Positions 24,860-37,641 of a stretch of 64,000 nt of DNA are shown one piece after another. The notes beneath the pieces were generated by a model, which was given only the letters and a program-made list of their open reading frames with translations, had not been told where the DNA came from and searched no databases. The stretch comes from Trichodelitschia bisporula (Eukaryota), in contig ML996694.1 in NCBI GenBank assembly GCA_010356995.1, positions 495,224-559,223 of the forward strand, written 5' to 3'. How positions within the stretch are numbered: position 1 is the stretch's first letter; each line of letters begins with the position of its first letter. Made by a program: the position numbers and the translations under genes.

Positions 24860-27064
24860 CTAGGTCCTTTCACCTCCCGGCAAGACATCCTCCATCTTAA
24901 CGTCCGTATCTTCACCAGCAGCATTTACAGCGGATGCCTCACCCGGATTCTCATACTCAATCATCTGCTGGTCAGGCATGCTGACCGGACTGCCTGAGCG
25001 GAGCTCGTCGGCGTACTCTTCTTCAGGCGGCGAGAAGGACCAGACCTTGGAGAATTAGCTCAGGACTAACATCAACAAAGCCACTACTCACCTCCATGAC
25101 AGTTCGCTGGTTCCGGCTGGCCATTATCACCGCCTTCTCTTCCTCAAACACCACTCTCCACACCTGATCGGCAGGTTGGCTCAGTTCGCGGACTAGGTTG
25201 CCCTTCTTTAAATCCCACACCTTCACACGACCGTCGCTGCCGCCACTAACGATGCGAGTGTCGTCAAATTGCAGGCTAGTCACGCTGTTGTCGTGAGCCG
25301 CAAGGCGATGAATGGCTTGGTAGTCGGTCAAAGACCAAACGCGGACCGATCCGTCTGAGCCGCCGGTTACAAGGATATCGCCGCGCATCTGAAGTTGTCC
25401 CACCAGCGATGTGTGGCCCTGGAGCACGGCCAGGCAACGACTTCTCTGTTTAGTAACGCACTCAAGAAAGTCGGCGGCAATCACTCACCCATCTGTAGGA
25501 TCCCACACCCTCACACTGGTGTCCAAGCTCCCAGTGGCGATCTTCTTGCCATCGAAAGCCACTGCGTAAATCTGGCTGAAGTGGCCGCTGAGCGTCCGCA
25601 GGCATCTCCCCTCGGATATGCTCCAGATGCGAGCGAAAGTGTCGTAGCTGCCGGAGACGATAAGATCTCCGTGGATCTCCAGACAGCGTACGCTAGCAAT
25701 GTGCCCGACTAGGACATGTTTGCAGATACCCTTTTGTATATCCCAAATCCGAAGTGTGGTATCGCGCGAACCAGAAACTGCCGTCGTCGCATCCGCCATT
25801 TTCAGGCACCGCACCGTTGACGTGTGTCCGCGCAGATTATGGACGCTCCTCCTGCGAAGGCGTCAATACGAGCACATCTGGCAATCAAATCTCTTACCCA
25901 GTTGCCATATTCCATACTCTGACATCTCTATCACAACCCCCGCTAACCAAGATGTCGTCCCACGGAACCATGGCCCAAACCCCCATGGCATGGCCCTGAA
26001 GTGTCTTTTGGTGGCTTCCTTCCGTATCGAATACGTGGATTTTAGCGTTGTCAAGCGCGACCACAATGTACTTGTCGGTAAGATGAAGGCTGGTGACCAC
26101 GCCCTGATCTGGTGTGATCTGCCGCTGGTCCATTTTGCCGCCAATGCGCCAGGCCGTCTCAACCATGTACCGCTGCTTGAAGTGCGACCGATACGACATG
26201 GCGGGTGGTCGTCTGCGTCCTTGCCGGGCGTTTCTACCACGATCCAAGCTCTGCGTCCGCAAATCTGAAGCGCCGCCCACACCTGGCATCGAGGTATGGC
26301 GGAAGGTGAAGCTGGAAGAGAATATGGGGTTTGGGTGGGGTGATGAGCTGGGCGTCTGCACAGCCCCAGACGAATGGGGCGGAGTGCGTTGCTCGACAGG
26401 CAGTCTGCGATATGAGTGCTTTTCGCAAAGCGCTTTCCACGCCATGTCGTCACTAACAAGCTCGCGCCATCTTCTAGACACTTGGGACGAACGCGCGAGG
26501 GTTTGGGGATCGTCAATGAATGTGAGGACCTGGCAAGCATGTTAGCTAGCGTCAAGTTTATAAGCATGGCGTACTCACTCGAAGACACAGCTCATCCGGA
26601 AGAGACATAAACGGGTCCTTCTTCAGTCGCGGGCTCACAAAGTCCTGTACGAAAGCCAGTTGTTGGCTGGTACACATATTGAGCAGCTCTGCAAGACACC
26701 GCTGTTTCTCTGCATCGTTCATCACAGCGAAGCGCGCCCTCATATCGCGCGCATTGTCGTCCTCATGTTCGGCAGCGGTGCTCCAGTCCGGCACGCGCTG
26801 CATCGGTGTAGGACTCGGGGCTGGAGTGGGTGGTGATGCAGGAGCCGAAGGGAGGGTATTGTGGGGGATTGTTGGAGACATTGGGCTACGCGGAGTATGG
26901 ATTGGGCGAGCTTGTGGCCGTATCAGTGGCGCTTTTCGCTTGGGCAGCGACGAGGAGGACGCGAAGATGGATGCGGGAGGAGGCAGTTGTTCAAAGTCGT
27001 CGGCTAGATCCACAGATGTGCCTACTCTTCCTTCCTCAATATTGTCGAACATGCCGTCATCCAT
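24860..27064 (-). CDS. F-box/WD40 SCF substrate receptor (Fbw7/Cdc4-like)
   Basis: F-box (KDPFMSLPDELCLR...VSRRWRELVSDD) and WD40 repeats (LVSGGCDRDVRVW, LRGHTSTVRCL, VSGSRDTTLRIWD, LQGHTSLVGQLQ); 4 introns. Start at 27064 is inferred. Confidence 0.9.
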
Positions 27065-28488
27065 GATAGGGCCGGTTTTGGGGGATCGCAGATGGAATCG
27101 CAGGCCCAGGTTGAAGGAGCAGTACGGCTGGCCGGCGGGTCGGACGATGGGTCGGACGTGTCCACGTTTAACACAACGACGAGAACGGGCAGAACAGCCA
27201 GTAAGAGGCGGACGGCGCTGCTGCTGGACAATGCAGATTTAGCAGGTGTGTGCAAAGGCGATGCGAATAGCGGCGACGAGAGGAGACGATGGGGATGTGG
27301 AGCGCAAGTGTTTCAGGATGCTTGGTGCCAGCGGGTAGGGGAATGAGCCGCAAAGCAAGACAAGCTTGCCGGTCGTGACGAGGATGTCGTCCTTCTTCAC
27401 TCGACCAAAGACATCCGGAGTGAGCGAAGTAGATGGTGTGTGTGGTTCCTGGGGGGGAGTCTGTCACTGAAGGAATCGAGGAGGCTGGCTGGCGCTTGAA
27501 GCGTCGTTCGGTTGATGATGATTTTGCCGGGGAGTCGGGGAGAGACTGGGGGTAGGGGGGGTTGGCGTGCGATGTGGGAGGAGATGGTGGTAGGTAGGAA
27601 AGGTGGGTGTGCGAGAAGAGGGAGGCAAAGGGGAGACCTCTTCGGCCTCAGGCTTTAGGAGGGTGGGGAATGAATGAGAGAGGATGAGAGTTTGGGAGGG
27701 GGTGGGGTGTGTGGTTTACGTGGGTGGATCAGTGGGATGCTGTCAGATAGTACGTATTGAACGGTATGGGAGGAAGGTTTGGCTGGTCTGGCGGTTGCAC
27801 TGCTGGGGAGGCGGGAGGTTCCAGCGTCGCGAGCGTTGCGAGTAGTGTGCACGCAGCAGACGCAGCAGTCAACGTGTAGAGTGGCCACCAGTAGTGGGGG
27901 GGGGGGGTGGGTGGATATGGTGGGCATAAGGTGGGTCATTTTCTCGGTGGGGAAGAGAGAGTGAGCCTTGAAGGGCGGAAGTGCGCGCTGTTACAGTACT
28001 TTACTTTGGAGCGAGAGTGGAGATACCGAAGACCCAGGCCCTGCAAAGCAAAACGCAAACTTCAACAAGACCTGCCACTGTTTAACCACTACACTATGAA
28101 GAGCGCGCATCCTTTGACCTAAAATCTCCTTGTCTTTATCCTTCTCTCACCTTACTGCGGATGTACGTACGGTATACCTGGGCTTGCCCCTCTGGCTCTC
28201 TCTTATGCTTCAACTTGAGTGTATACGGATGTAGATGCAGCAAACAACCCCAACTGGACGACCGCCTTCATCCGCCACCCTTACTCGTACTGTTGCTCAA
28301 ATTCGTAGCATCGACGTCCTTCCCTCCCTCACCTCTTACTATAGTAGGGTCGGGGCCCCTTGAACCGAATCAAAAATGACATCGTTCGCAACCACCCACC
28401 TTATGTACCCCAACTGAAATTGGACCTCGAGAATGCTGTGGCTGCTGCCAGAAGCGTACAGAGATATGATGCGTACGAGCAATAACAT

Positions 28489-28519
28489 CCTCCTCCTCCT
28501 CCTCCTCCTCCTCCTCCTC
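28489..28519 (+). repeat. (CCT)n microsatellite
   Basis: About 10 tandem CCT units in intergenic DNA. Confidence 0.9.
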
Positions 28520-28721
28520 TACCGACCACAACCTACCACCACCTCCCACCGCCTACCACTACCGCCGTGCCCTTCTTTGGAATGTCGTGGCGTATGTTCA
28601 CCATACTTTCACTACGTCACCGGATAGCAATTCGCACACGTTCTTTTTCACGGTCACAGCATTCTTGACTTTCTCTCCCGCTTTCAATTTCCACTACCCG
28701 CTCCGCTTATCCGCCTCGTCC

Positions 28722-29593
28722 CTAACAAGTCCAAACCGGTGGCCCTGGAATCGAATAGTTCTTGAAATTGTTGTAAATGTTGGCCGTATACCCAGGGTCC
28801 GTCTTCTTAAACGCTCCCGGGATACTGACAAGAGGGCTAGGATTTCCGTTTCCACCTCCAGTCACCTTCACTTGAGCGCAGTTGACGTAAAACTGCGGTG
28901 CACCCCCGGGATTGTGGATGCCAAGTTGTTGAATCCGCAGGAGATAGTCGCCGGATGGCAAGCACTTCGGAATCTGGACCACAAAGCTTTCTACGCCGCG
29001 TCAGTCCTGTGTTGAGCAACATGGACAAGTCACCTACTCTGCGTACACTTCTCCCAGCTGCCGCCGGGAAACGTTGGTCCGATGTCCTGTTGCCAGTCAG
29101 TACCTCTCAGCCCGCCTCAGTATCCAGTGCCCACTTTGATCTTGAACCATGGTGTGCTTCCGTCGGCCTCAGCTGCATTTGCCACCTTTGTCATGTAAAA
29201 TGACACCGGTCCTTGGTGATACACTGCCGTGTCGGCCGTCCATGTCACACTGGAGCCAGCAGCAACCGGAAGTGTCTCTGTTGAGGCGCCGCTGCTTCCA
29301 CCCACATTGCAGCGTAGGTCCAGTGATGCAAGATCTGTACGGCATTACTTCGAGATGTCTTACCCGCTGATTGTTTTGATATTACTCACCAACGACCGGC
29401 GAGTTGCGGTTCGTGTTATGTCGAACGTATTGGTACTCGGCCCCTTTGGCACCACTGGTACTTACAGCCTGGAATATGTCTGCCACCATAGGTCAATGCA
29501 GGCTTCTGGATTGGCCTCATTGCACTTACAGTGAGCCTCCGCCGCATAACTTAGCAGCACAGCTCCGAGGGAGAGGATATGAGCAGTCTTCAT
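28722..29593 (-). CDS. AA9 lytic polysaccharide monooxygenase (no CBM)
   Basis: Signal peptide ending AEA|HY (N-terminal His of the His brace), [50 protein letters not shown]; 4 introns. Confidence 0.95.
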
Positions 29594-30303
29594 GCTGAGC
29601 CAAGAGGAACGGCAAGATCGATTCTGATATTGAAGCTTGAGGGAGATCTGCCCTGGTCCGAAATCAAAGATTTCTATTCTCCAGATGATTGCAACTTTCA
29701 CTCAGCTACCCAGCTACAGTAATATACCACCAGACACCAGATCCTTCTCTCGTTGCGACAACCCATCCGCCCAATCGTAATCTAATCCTCTCGGAGCTCC
29801 AACTCTCATATTAATTGGATTCTGGGCGGAGTACTACTGCTCCGCAATGCCGCAAGCATATAGAGGCCAATGCTATGTGCATCTGACACCCGTTCCCCTA
29901 GTTGCTTAATGGTCGCTTCGGGCGGCTTTTCGATGACCGAACTTCCGACGGAGAGGCCAGAATGCTCGCTCTCCGTCATTGTGTAGTTTCTCGGATGCTC
30001 CGAGTTTGTCGGTATTGGCGGAAAATCGCCCATAATTTGCCGAGGTCTTGGATATAGTGACAGGCGTGACACACCTCCCACCATGTGGTGCTAGACGCCA
30101 GAGGCTCAGCCACTTCTCAAATTCTGAGACGAGCTTCCGAATTTGACTAGGCCGCCGGCTCCCTCGTCCCGATCCAGGAAACATCTGTTTATATTTGCCT
30201 TTGAAATCCCAACTCCGGCTGCGAAAGCTATCAAGAAGGCCGAAAGGCCCTTGGCCGGAAGCAAGGAAAAATCCTGAAAAAAATATGTACACGTGACCGA
30301 AAT

Positions 30304-31615
30304 TCATTCAACTCCGGTAATGATCCCACCCGGTCCACCCGTCCAGGAGGCCATATCCAGTCCGTCATCGAAATGAGCGGCCAAATGCTCCATTCGATTA
30401 GACCAGGACGTCAGGAGATCATGACAAAACCCACAGCGGAAGAGCAGGTTTCGGTTGACCGGCTTCCCCCAAGACGCAACCATCAACGGCGTTACGCGAG
30501 GCTGCCTGTGGACCTGTGCGAGATGTTGTTGCAGCTTGTCTTTCCTATTGAAGGTTCTCTCGCTCACTGGCCGGTTATAACACGTCTGGTACCCATGTGC
30601 AGCCTCAAGATGTTCCTCTGACAGAGGTGCTTCCTCGCAGAAGGCACAGACATACTCCCCGGACTCTGACAGAAACGCTGGGAACTCCGGCATGCAGGTC
30701 CATTCTTCTTGAGGGAGATGCACAGTTTGTTCATGACGCTTCCAAGCGGATTTCTTTTCATAGGCCTGATTGCAGAATGTACATTGATACATCTTGCTTG
30801 GGTCTTTGGCACGGGAATCCAGAGAGTCGCTCGACGAGAAAAGGCGATTTGAATGCAACCTCCTTCCCCTTCTGGGACCAAGTGAGGATGAAGAGCCAAA
30901 ACTGGGATTCGACGATAGTGTGGATCCATCGCCGGACAATGAACCCTCGTCTGGAGGATTGGTCAATGGCGCAATGGAAGCACAACGTGCCGTTCAGCAT
31001 TACTCACATTGGCTCAACCCTCGAGCACGAGCATTGGCAACGAAGGTCCTTACTTGCTGTGTGGTCAGGCCAGTGAGGTGGGCCAAGGCATCCGCATCCT
31101 CTGCCTTGAGGTATGGGTTGTCAGAATTCATGTCCAACCAGCAATTAAGCATCGACTTGGGACCCGCTGGGATTCGGAAGTTTTTGGAAGCTGTGCGGGA
31201 GTCCGTTGTAGAGTAGTCAGGCGGTAGCGTTGGCGTGGTAATTCCTGGGGGGAAATCACAGAAGCCATTTGGTGCTTCAGAGTCCAAATTCATGGGAAGT
31301 GTCAGGGCCTCTAACGCTTCAAATTCCGAATCCATGGGAACTGTCGGGGCTGTAGGCGTTGCATCCTGGAGTTCTTCATCTTCGCCGTACAGATCGAACA
31401 TCAGTTTCGGCGAATGCTGGTTACCGGACCGTTCGTTGATGGTCGGGCCTGATATCGTGGAAGATCCCCTGTCGGTCAGTTTTCTCAACATTGGCTAACG
31501 TACTACATACCTACCAGTCGTAATCGAAGGATGACAGCTGAGGGAAGTCCATCCCCTCAATCATGAAATCTTTCCCTTCCGGGCCAATGAGCCAAGTAGG
31601 TAGAGTGTCCCCCAT
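30304..31615 (-). CDS. Homeobox (TALE/KN-like) + C2H2 zinc-finger transcription factor
   Basis: WLDMNSDNPYL...LAHLTGLTTQQVRTFVANARAR homeodomain; YQCTFC..WKRHEQTVH, FNRKDKLQQHLAQVH, CGFC..RMEHLAAHF. Introns ~31514-31469 and ~31007-30951. Start uncertain (31615, 31564 or 31552). Confidence 0.85.
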
Positions 31616-32052
31616 GGTTCCACACTGTGTGAGTTTGAAGCAGGGAAGAATCAGTGTCCCATTCTTTTAAGGGTGTGATGAGATCCCTCTGACGATTAGG
31701 GTTGGGTCGGAAATCAGGCTGCCTTCGAGGCCAGAGTGTGGCGCAGCCCGCTCGGCAGGTCCAGCCACACACTTGCCTTCCCCATCGGCTATCCCCATGT
31801 GTCTGCCGCATGTTGGTGGATGTCTGCGGGAGGCGAGCTAAAGCGCATTATCAATTGATCCTTCATCTTCATGACAGGGTTTTTGCGCAACTAGCCGTAG
31901 TTCCAGCGGCGCGGGACGATCCGAAGGGCACGCTGTTCGGAGGAAAATACCGTAGTATTGGCCTTTGCCCGGGCCTGTGCTTGGGTTTGTACGTGTGGGG
32001 AAGTTCCCCACCAGGGGTCCCCCTTACGGCACGTACGGTACGTACCGTAGTA

Positions 32053-32103
32053 GGCCTCCACTTAGGCCTGCCATGGCCTTCACTTAGGCCTGCCCTAAGG
32101 CCT
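32053..32103. repeat. 20-bp direct repeat / phased GGCCT array in divergent promoter
   Basis: GGCCTCCACTTAGGCCTGCC (32053-32072) and GGCCTTCACTTAGGCCTGCC (32075-32094). Confidence 0.75.
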
Positions 32104-32173
32104 CCCCTGAATATCAACAAAAACCATTTGCGAGTTCACGCCAAAGTTTTTTGCGCACAACACCTTCGCCATC

Positions 32174-33036
32174 ATGTCAGAATCCAAGGGCCTCGTCATT
32201 GATGAAGTGACGGTTCTCTCCCTTCTGGCAACCGTTGTGCTCCTCATTGTCGCATATGTTGCCTCGCTTCGGCTCCTTCCCGCATCTGCATCAACCCGTT
32301 CACGCGTTCTTTTCGTCTGGCACAGCTTCGATGCACTTATTCACTTCTTTTTCGAGGGATCCTTCCTGTACAATTGTTTCTTCACGTTCATCAATGCAGA
32401 CAGTGTACGGACTTTTACCGCTAGCACTGGACGTCAATCCGTAGCTGTCACGGCATCGGATGTGCATTTCCTAGGCCGCGCGGATAAAATTTACGGCGCC
32501 AACTACGGCACAGGACCGACCTCTAAGCTGTGGCAAGAGTATGCAAAGGCGGATCGACGGTGGGGTGAGGCCGATTTGGGAGTCATTAGTCTGGAGCTGT
32601 TGACTGTGCTCATTGGCGGCCCGCTGGCGGTATGGATTTGTGTGCTGCTGAGCCGAGGACATGGTGATATCCGGGGAATGATTGGAGGTAAATTGGCTTT
32701 CTGGATGATCGTACTGGCGACTGGAGAACTCTATGGAGGTAAGTGGGGCACGGTTGATGACTGCAGAAGATGGTACTCATTCAGTTGCAGGCTTCATGAC
32801 GTTTGCGCCTGAATGGTTGACCGGATCGCCGAATCTTGATACGTCAAACTTCATGTACCTGTAAGTGTCACCTATCTGTACACGACAATGCACCTAACAT
32901 GACCAGCTGGGTGTATCTGTTCTTCTTCAACACTCTTTGGGTCTGGATTCCATTGTGGATTCTTGTTCAGAGCTACTTCTCCATTGCCAGTTCTATGCCT
33001 GTAGGAACGGTACAGGAAGGGAAGAAGAAGGCTTGA
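32174..33036 (+). CDS. Emopamil-binding protein (EBP/EXPERA)-like ER membrane protein
   Basis: WHSFDALIHFFFEGSF, LWQEYAKADRRW, ELYGGFMTF, WVYLFFFNTLWVWIP; C-terminal dilysine GKKKA*; 2 introns. Confidence 0.9.
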
Positions 33037-33519
33037 AGATCTGGGACTCTTTCGGTTTCCAGGTACAACCGATCTAGTGATAGTTACTAAGTATGTACAG
33101 CGGACAGTGTAGGGAATCGCTTTGATGTACGGTATATCGCCTAAATTGAATACTATCCTTCGTCGATGTCTAGGCTGCTTGAAATGCCAAAGACTGAAGT
33201 TGTGAAAGGAATGTGCACGAGAGATACTTAGAAAAGAAGCTCATTTGCAGCTTGAAATCTGTCAGCTAAGCGAGTAAGGATCGTGAGAGACTCGGCCTAC
33301 TCGAGCTTGTTCACTTCTCCAAGCCGCAAGTAACGTCGGTAGGGCTGAAGTTGGCGACGGACTTTGTGGTGGTGAGCCGATGCTTGGCGACATGGCTCGA
33401 GCTTCCCGGACAACCCTCAACTGAGCTCCCAACAATCAGCATTGTACAAACTTTTGTCTCCCCCCTTCACCCTTCATCAACCCTTTAATTCTTTTCTTCC
33501 GTATCCACGCCGACTAATA

Positions 33520-35004
33520 ATGTTGTTTGCAGCTGCACGAAGGGGTGTGTCTCCTTGTTTGCGGCGCAATGCCTTCGCTACCCCGATCGTAACCGCTCGT
33601 CGCGCTGTGACTACCGATGCAGCATCTTCACATGCGGATAGGGATAGCGTGCCTGCGGTAGGCTCCTATTTTCAGACGTCAATATAGTACTGACTTCTCC
33701 GACAGGAAGATGACAAGCCCTTTGAGGTTCGCCTCTCCGATGAGAGCTTCGAGACCTATGAGCTCGATCCCCCTTCATACTCTCTGCACACGACGAAGAA
33801 GGAACTGAAGCAGATGTATTATGACATGGTAGCCATCAGGTACGTCAATGGGCTCAATTGGGCGAGCGCCACGTAATATGAACTTTGCTAACCTTACAGG
33901 CGCATGGAAATGGCCGCCGACCGCCTCTACAAGGAGAAGAAGATCCGTGGCTTCTGCCATCTGTCCACCGGTCAAGAAGCTGTTGCCGTTGGGATTGAGC
34001 ATGCAATTACTAAGCAAGACCACCTCATCACCGCATATCGCTGTCACGGTTTTGCGTTCATGCGCGGCGGAACGGTCAAGTCGATCATTGGGGAACTTCT
34101 TGGCCGGCGTGAAGGTATTGCCTACGGCAAAGGTGGTAGCATGCATATGTTCACCACTGGCTTCTACGGCGGCAACGGCATTGTCGGTGCTCAGGTGCCC
34201 GTCGGTGCTGGTATTGCGTTCGCCAACCAGTACGAGGACAAGCCTAACGTCACTCTGGCGCTTTACGGCGATGGCGCCTCCAACCAGGGCCAGGTGTTCG
34301 AGGCGTTCAACATGGCCAAGCTGTGGAAGCTGCCCATCATCTTCGGTTGCGAGAGTACGTCTCATCATTCGTTCTCTGATGGAATGCTAATTGCCCTCAG
34401 ACAACAAGTACGGCATGGGTACTTCTGCGGCTCGCTCCTCGGCTTTGACCGAATACTACAAGCGTGGCCAATACATCCCGGGTCTGAAGATCAACGGCAT
34501 GGATACTCTCGCCGTGAAGGCTGCTGTCGAGTACGGCAAGGAATGGACCACTTCTGGTAAGGGGCCGCTCGTCTACGAGTTTGTCACTTACCGGTATGGT
34601 GGTCACTCTATGTCCGATCCCGGCACCACCTACCGGGTAAGTCCACCTGCTTCGAACCTTAACGTGCTTTTGCTGACCCGGATTAGACTCGCGAAGAAAT
34701 CCAGCGCATGCGTTCCACCAACGACCCCATTGCCGGGCTGAAGCAGAAGCTGCTCGATTGGGGTGTCACTTCTGAGGAGGAGCTGAAGGCTATCGACAAG
34801 GACGCGCGCTCGCTCGTCGATGCCGAGGTCGCCGAGGCAGAGCAGATGCCGCCGCCGGAGCCTACACCCCAGGTGCTGTTCGAGGACGTGTACGTCCGCG
34901 GCAGCGAGCCGCCGTTCCTGCGGGGCCGCGTGCCGGAGGAGAACTTCTACTACGCCGAGGCCAACATCCCGGAGCAGAAGGAGCCCGTGCGGACGCGGAC
35001 CTAG
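33520..35004 (+). CDS. PDA1: Pyruvate dehydrogenase E1 alpha subunit, mitochondrial
   Basis: Presequence; [47 protein letters not shown]; 4 introns. Confidence 0.97.
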
Positions 35005-35390
35005 GCTGGCAGAACAGGCGTACGGAGTGTCGGACTGCGCGAGTGCGAGTAGGTGGCGATGGATGATGCGCGGAATGATATCCCTACATAATCCTGTACC
35101 ATGAGCGATAGAGTCTTGATTTTGCTTTCATCTTCGTCGGCATCGAGTGGGCTCAAAACGGGGGGTTGGATCATAGGAGCATGTCTGATTGAAATTACCC
35201 CTATATTCATGCGCTTGATGATAGTCCGTGATAACGCGCCCTTGACCAATGTGGTCGTCCGCCCATGTCCCTTCCTGCACGCCACCGGAACCACAAATAC
35301 CGAACCATTGCGCCAGAAACCCAAAATCAGAGGACGCTGCAGCGCAGTGTGGGCACTCGCAACAAGAGTCTCGGGAAAGTCTGGTGTCCA

Positions 35391-37158
35391 TTAAGCCACA
35401 CGTGTCCGCTTGCTGCTGCCGCGAGCCTTGGGGTCCGAACCGCTATCATCTTCATCTTCTGAATCGTCAATGCGACGGCGCACTTTCAAGCGACGAGAGG
35501 ATGGGGCGGTTTCGCTCTCTCCGAAGGGTCCGATATCCGGTTTTAGAAGCTCGCCGAGGTAAGGCATGACCTTGAGCTCGAACGTCTCGAGGAGCGACTT
35601 GTAATGCTCGTGGCTGGAATCGGCTGTTTGTTCCAACTTCGGAATACGCTCTTCCGGCTCGATTGCCTGCAGTGAATCGGAATTAAATATCAGCAGGCGC
35701 GTCTTGAGCAGCAGGCGCCAGTAGTAGAAGTGCCGGTCGTGTACGTTGGCGGACATGTGTTTGCGCGTGAGCCGATTCACGTCCTGGTGGTGGGCCGGGA
35801 TGGTGGACAGGAGTTGCATCTCGACCAGACGGTTAAACTGGCGGGGCTGTAACTTTGCCTTTTTCCGAAGAGCCTCGAGATCATCAATTGGCGTCAATTC
35901 CTTGACTGGCACTTTTGCTCTACCCTTGAACGCAGAATCCGGAAGAGAATCCGGGAGCTTGAGGTCCCGGAAAAGGGTGAAGTTCTTCCGCAGGTAGGCA
36001 ATATCGCACATGTCACGCAGGTTGTCGAAATCGATGTTGGGAAGCTCAATGGTTATTTCGTGTGTGTTCACATCCGAGCGGAGCTTAGACATGACGACGT
36101 TGTAAAGGTACTTTCCGTGGGACTTGTGCTGGTACGGGGGCAGAATGATGAACTGGGAGATGCGCTCACGGGACGGCATGTCAAGACCCTTGATGGGAGT
36201 CATGATTTCGCGTTCGACTTCCTCAGTAGTGTTCTTCTTGCCTTCAACGTAAGCAATGGAGGCCGACGGGTTATCGGCACGAAGCTGCTGGAGGATCGCT
36301 GATGTCGGGAAGGACCAAAGCCGATAGGTGGTCGCGAATCCAACCATAGTCCAATCACACTTCGCATTCTCGCTCGTACGGTTGACGTTGTATCTTGATA
36401 GTAAGCATATGTAATGACGGCGAATACCAACTCACAGGAAGAAGACCTTCCATCGCTCAAGACCAGCAGCGTCTTCATCAACAAGTCCAGCAGAGCCACC
36501 CTCAATGTAGAAGGGAATGAGTATACGCATGTTGCGCATAATCTCGTTCGCGTGCGGATCGGACAAAGAGGCACACCAGACCTCGTACGTCTCAGAATCA
36601 GAACGGTAGGTATGAAGACGAACGCCCGGAGGGCGCCAATCCATATTCATCTTCGGGTCGTCCTGCGGAGGTTCCATGGCGTCTAACAACACTTAGCGCT
36701 GCTCCCCGCAATGTGAATGAACAAGAAACATACATTCTGGGAGGTATTCTAGGAGCCTGTCGTCAATGTTCATCATGTTCCGAATCTCCTCGCTGCCCAT
36801 GTCGTCTTTCTCGTCATATGAAACGGAAACGTTGGGGTGCATATCGTGAGCACGGAAGTTGATTGCGATCTTCAGGCCCTTGTAGCCGGGGATTCTCTCC
36901 TCTTCGAAGAGAGCATACGTGAAAGCGGGGTGAAAAGGCCGTTCGTGTACGAATTCCTCGACATTGCGCCGCTGGTTGATGAAGGTTACATCGTTGGCAG
37001 AATGGACCCCTAGATGAACCGAAAGTGTAAGTACGATGCAGTTATCATGATGCAAAGTGAGGCTTAGTGGTGCGCAACGCAAACCTACACTCGTTGGCCT
37101 CGGGGAGCTCGTTGAAGCCCTCGCCATCCTCAGAGTCCGACATATCGTGGTCGCTCAT
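35391..37158 (-). CDS. HAT1: Histone acetyltransferase type B catalytic subunit
   Basis: FHPAFTYALFEEERIPGYKGLKI, ILIPFYIEGG, RISQFIILPPYQHKSHG, FDNLRDMCD; 3 introns. Confidence 0.9.
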
Positions 37159-37641
37159 GGTTTGCGACCTACAGATCACCAGTCAAGGTGCCAATGCTCC
37201 AAGACGCAGAGGGATTTCCGTCCGCGATGGAATGGTAATACTGGGGTAGGAAGAAGGCGGTTGAGGCGGTTGAGAGAGCGTGTGTGTGCGCTTGAGAGCG
37301 GAGGGGCGTGAGGTGGAGAGTGTGAAGCCGCGAGTCGCGACGCGGGGAGCTAGTCGACGCGACGCAGCTTGCCGGCACGTGCAAACGAGACCCCATTTGG
37401 CGGCCTTTTCTTCTCCTAAAGGCGCGCCTCCCTGGCGCGCAACCCATGTCTCAGCCCTATCAGCATTGGACTGCTGCATCTATTCAACACCAACTAAATC
37501 CCTTTCAGCATACGGATGTACTATCACCACTTATCTTTCACTCCCTAAAGGCAATGGACATAATACAACGCCTTTCTTTCCATTCCACCTAGAACGCCCC
37601 ACCCGCCAATTGTGCCCCTCCCAAACTCTTCTCCTGTCGCC

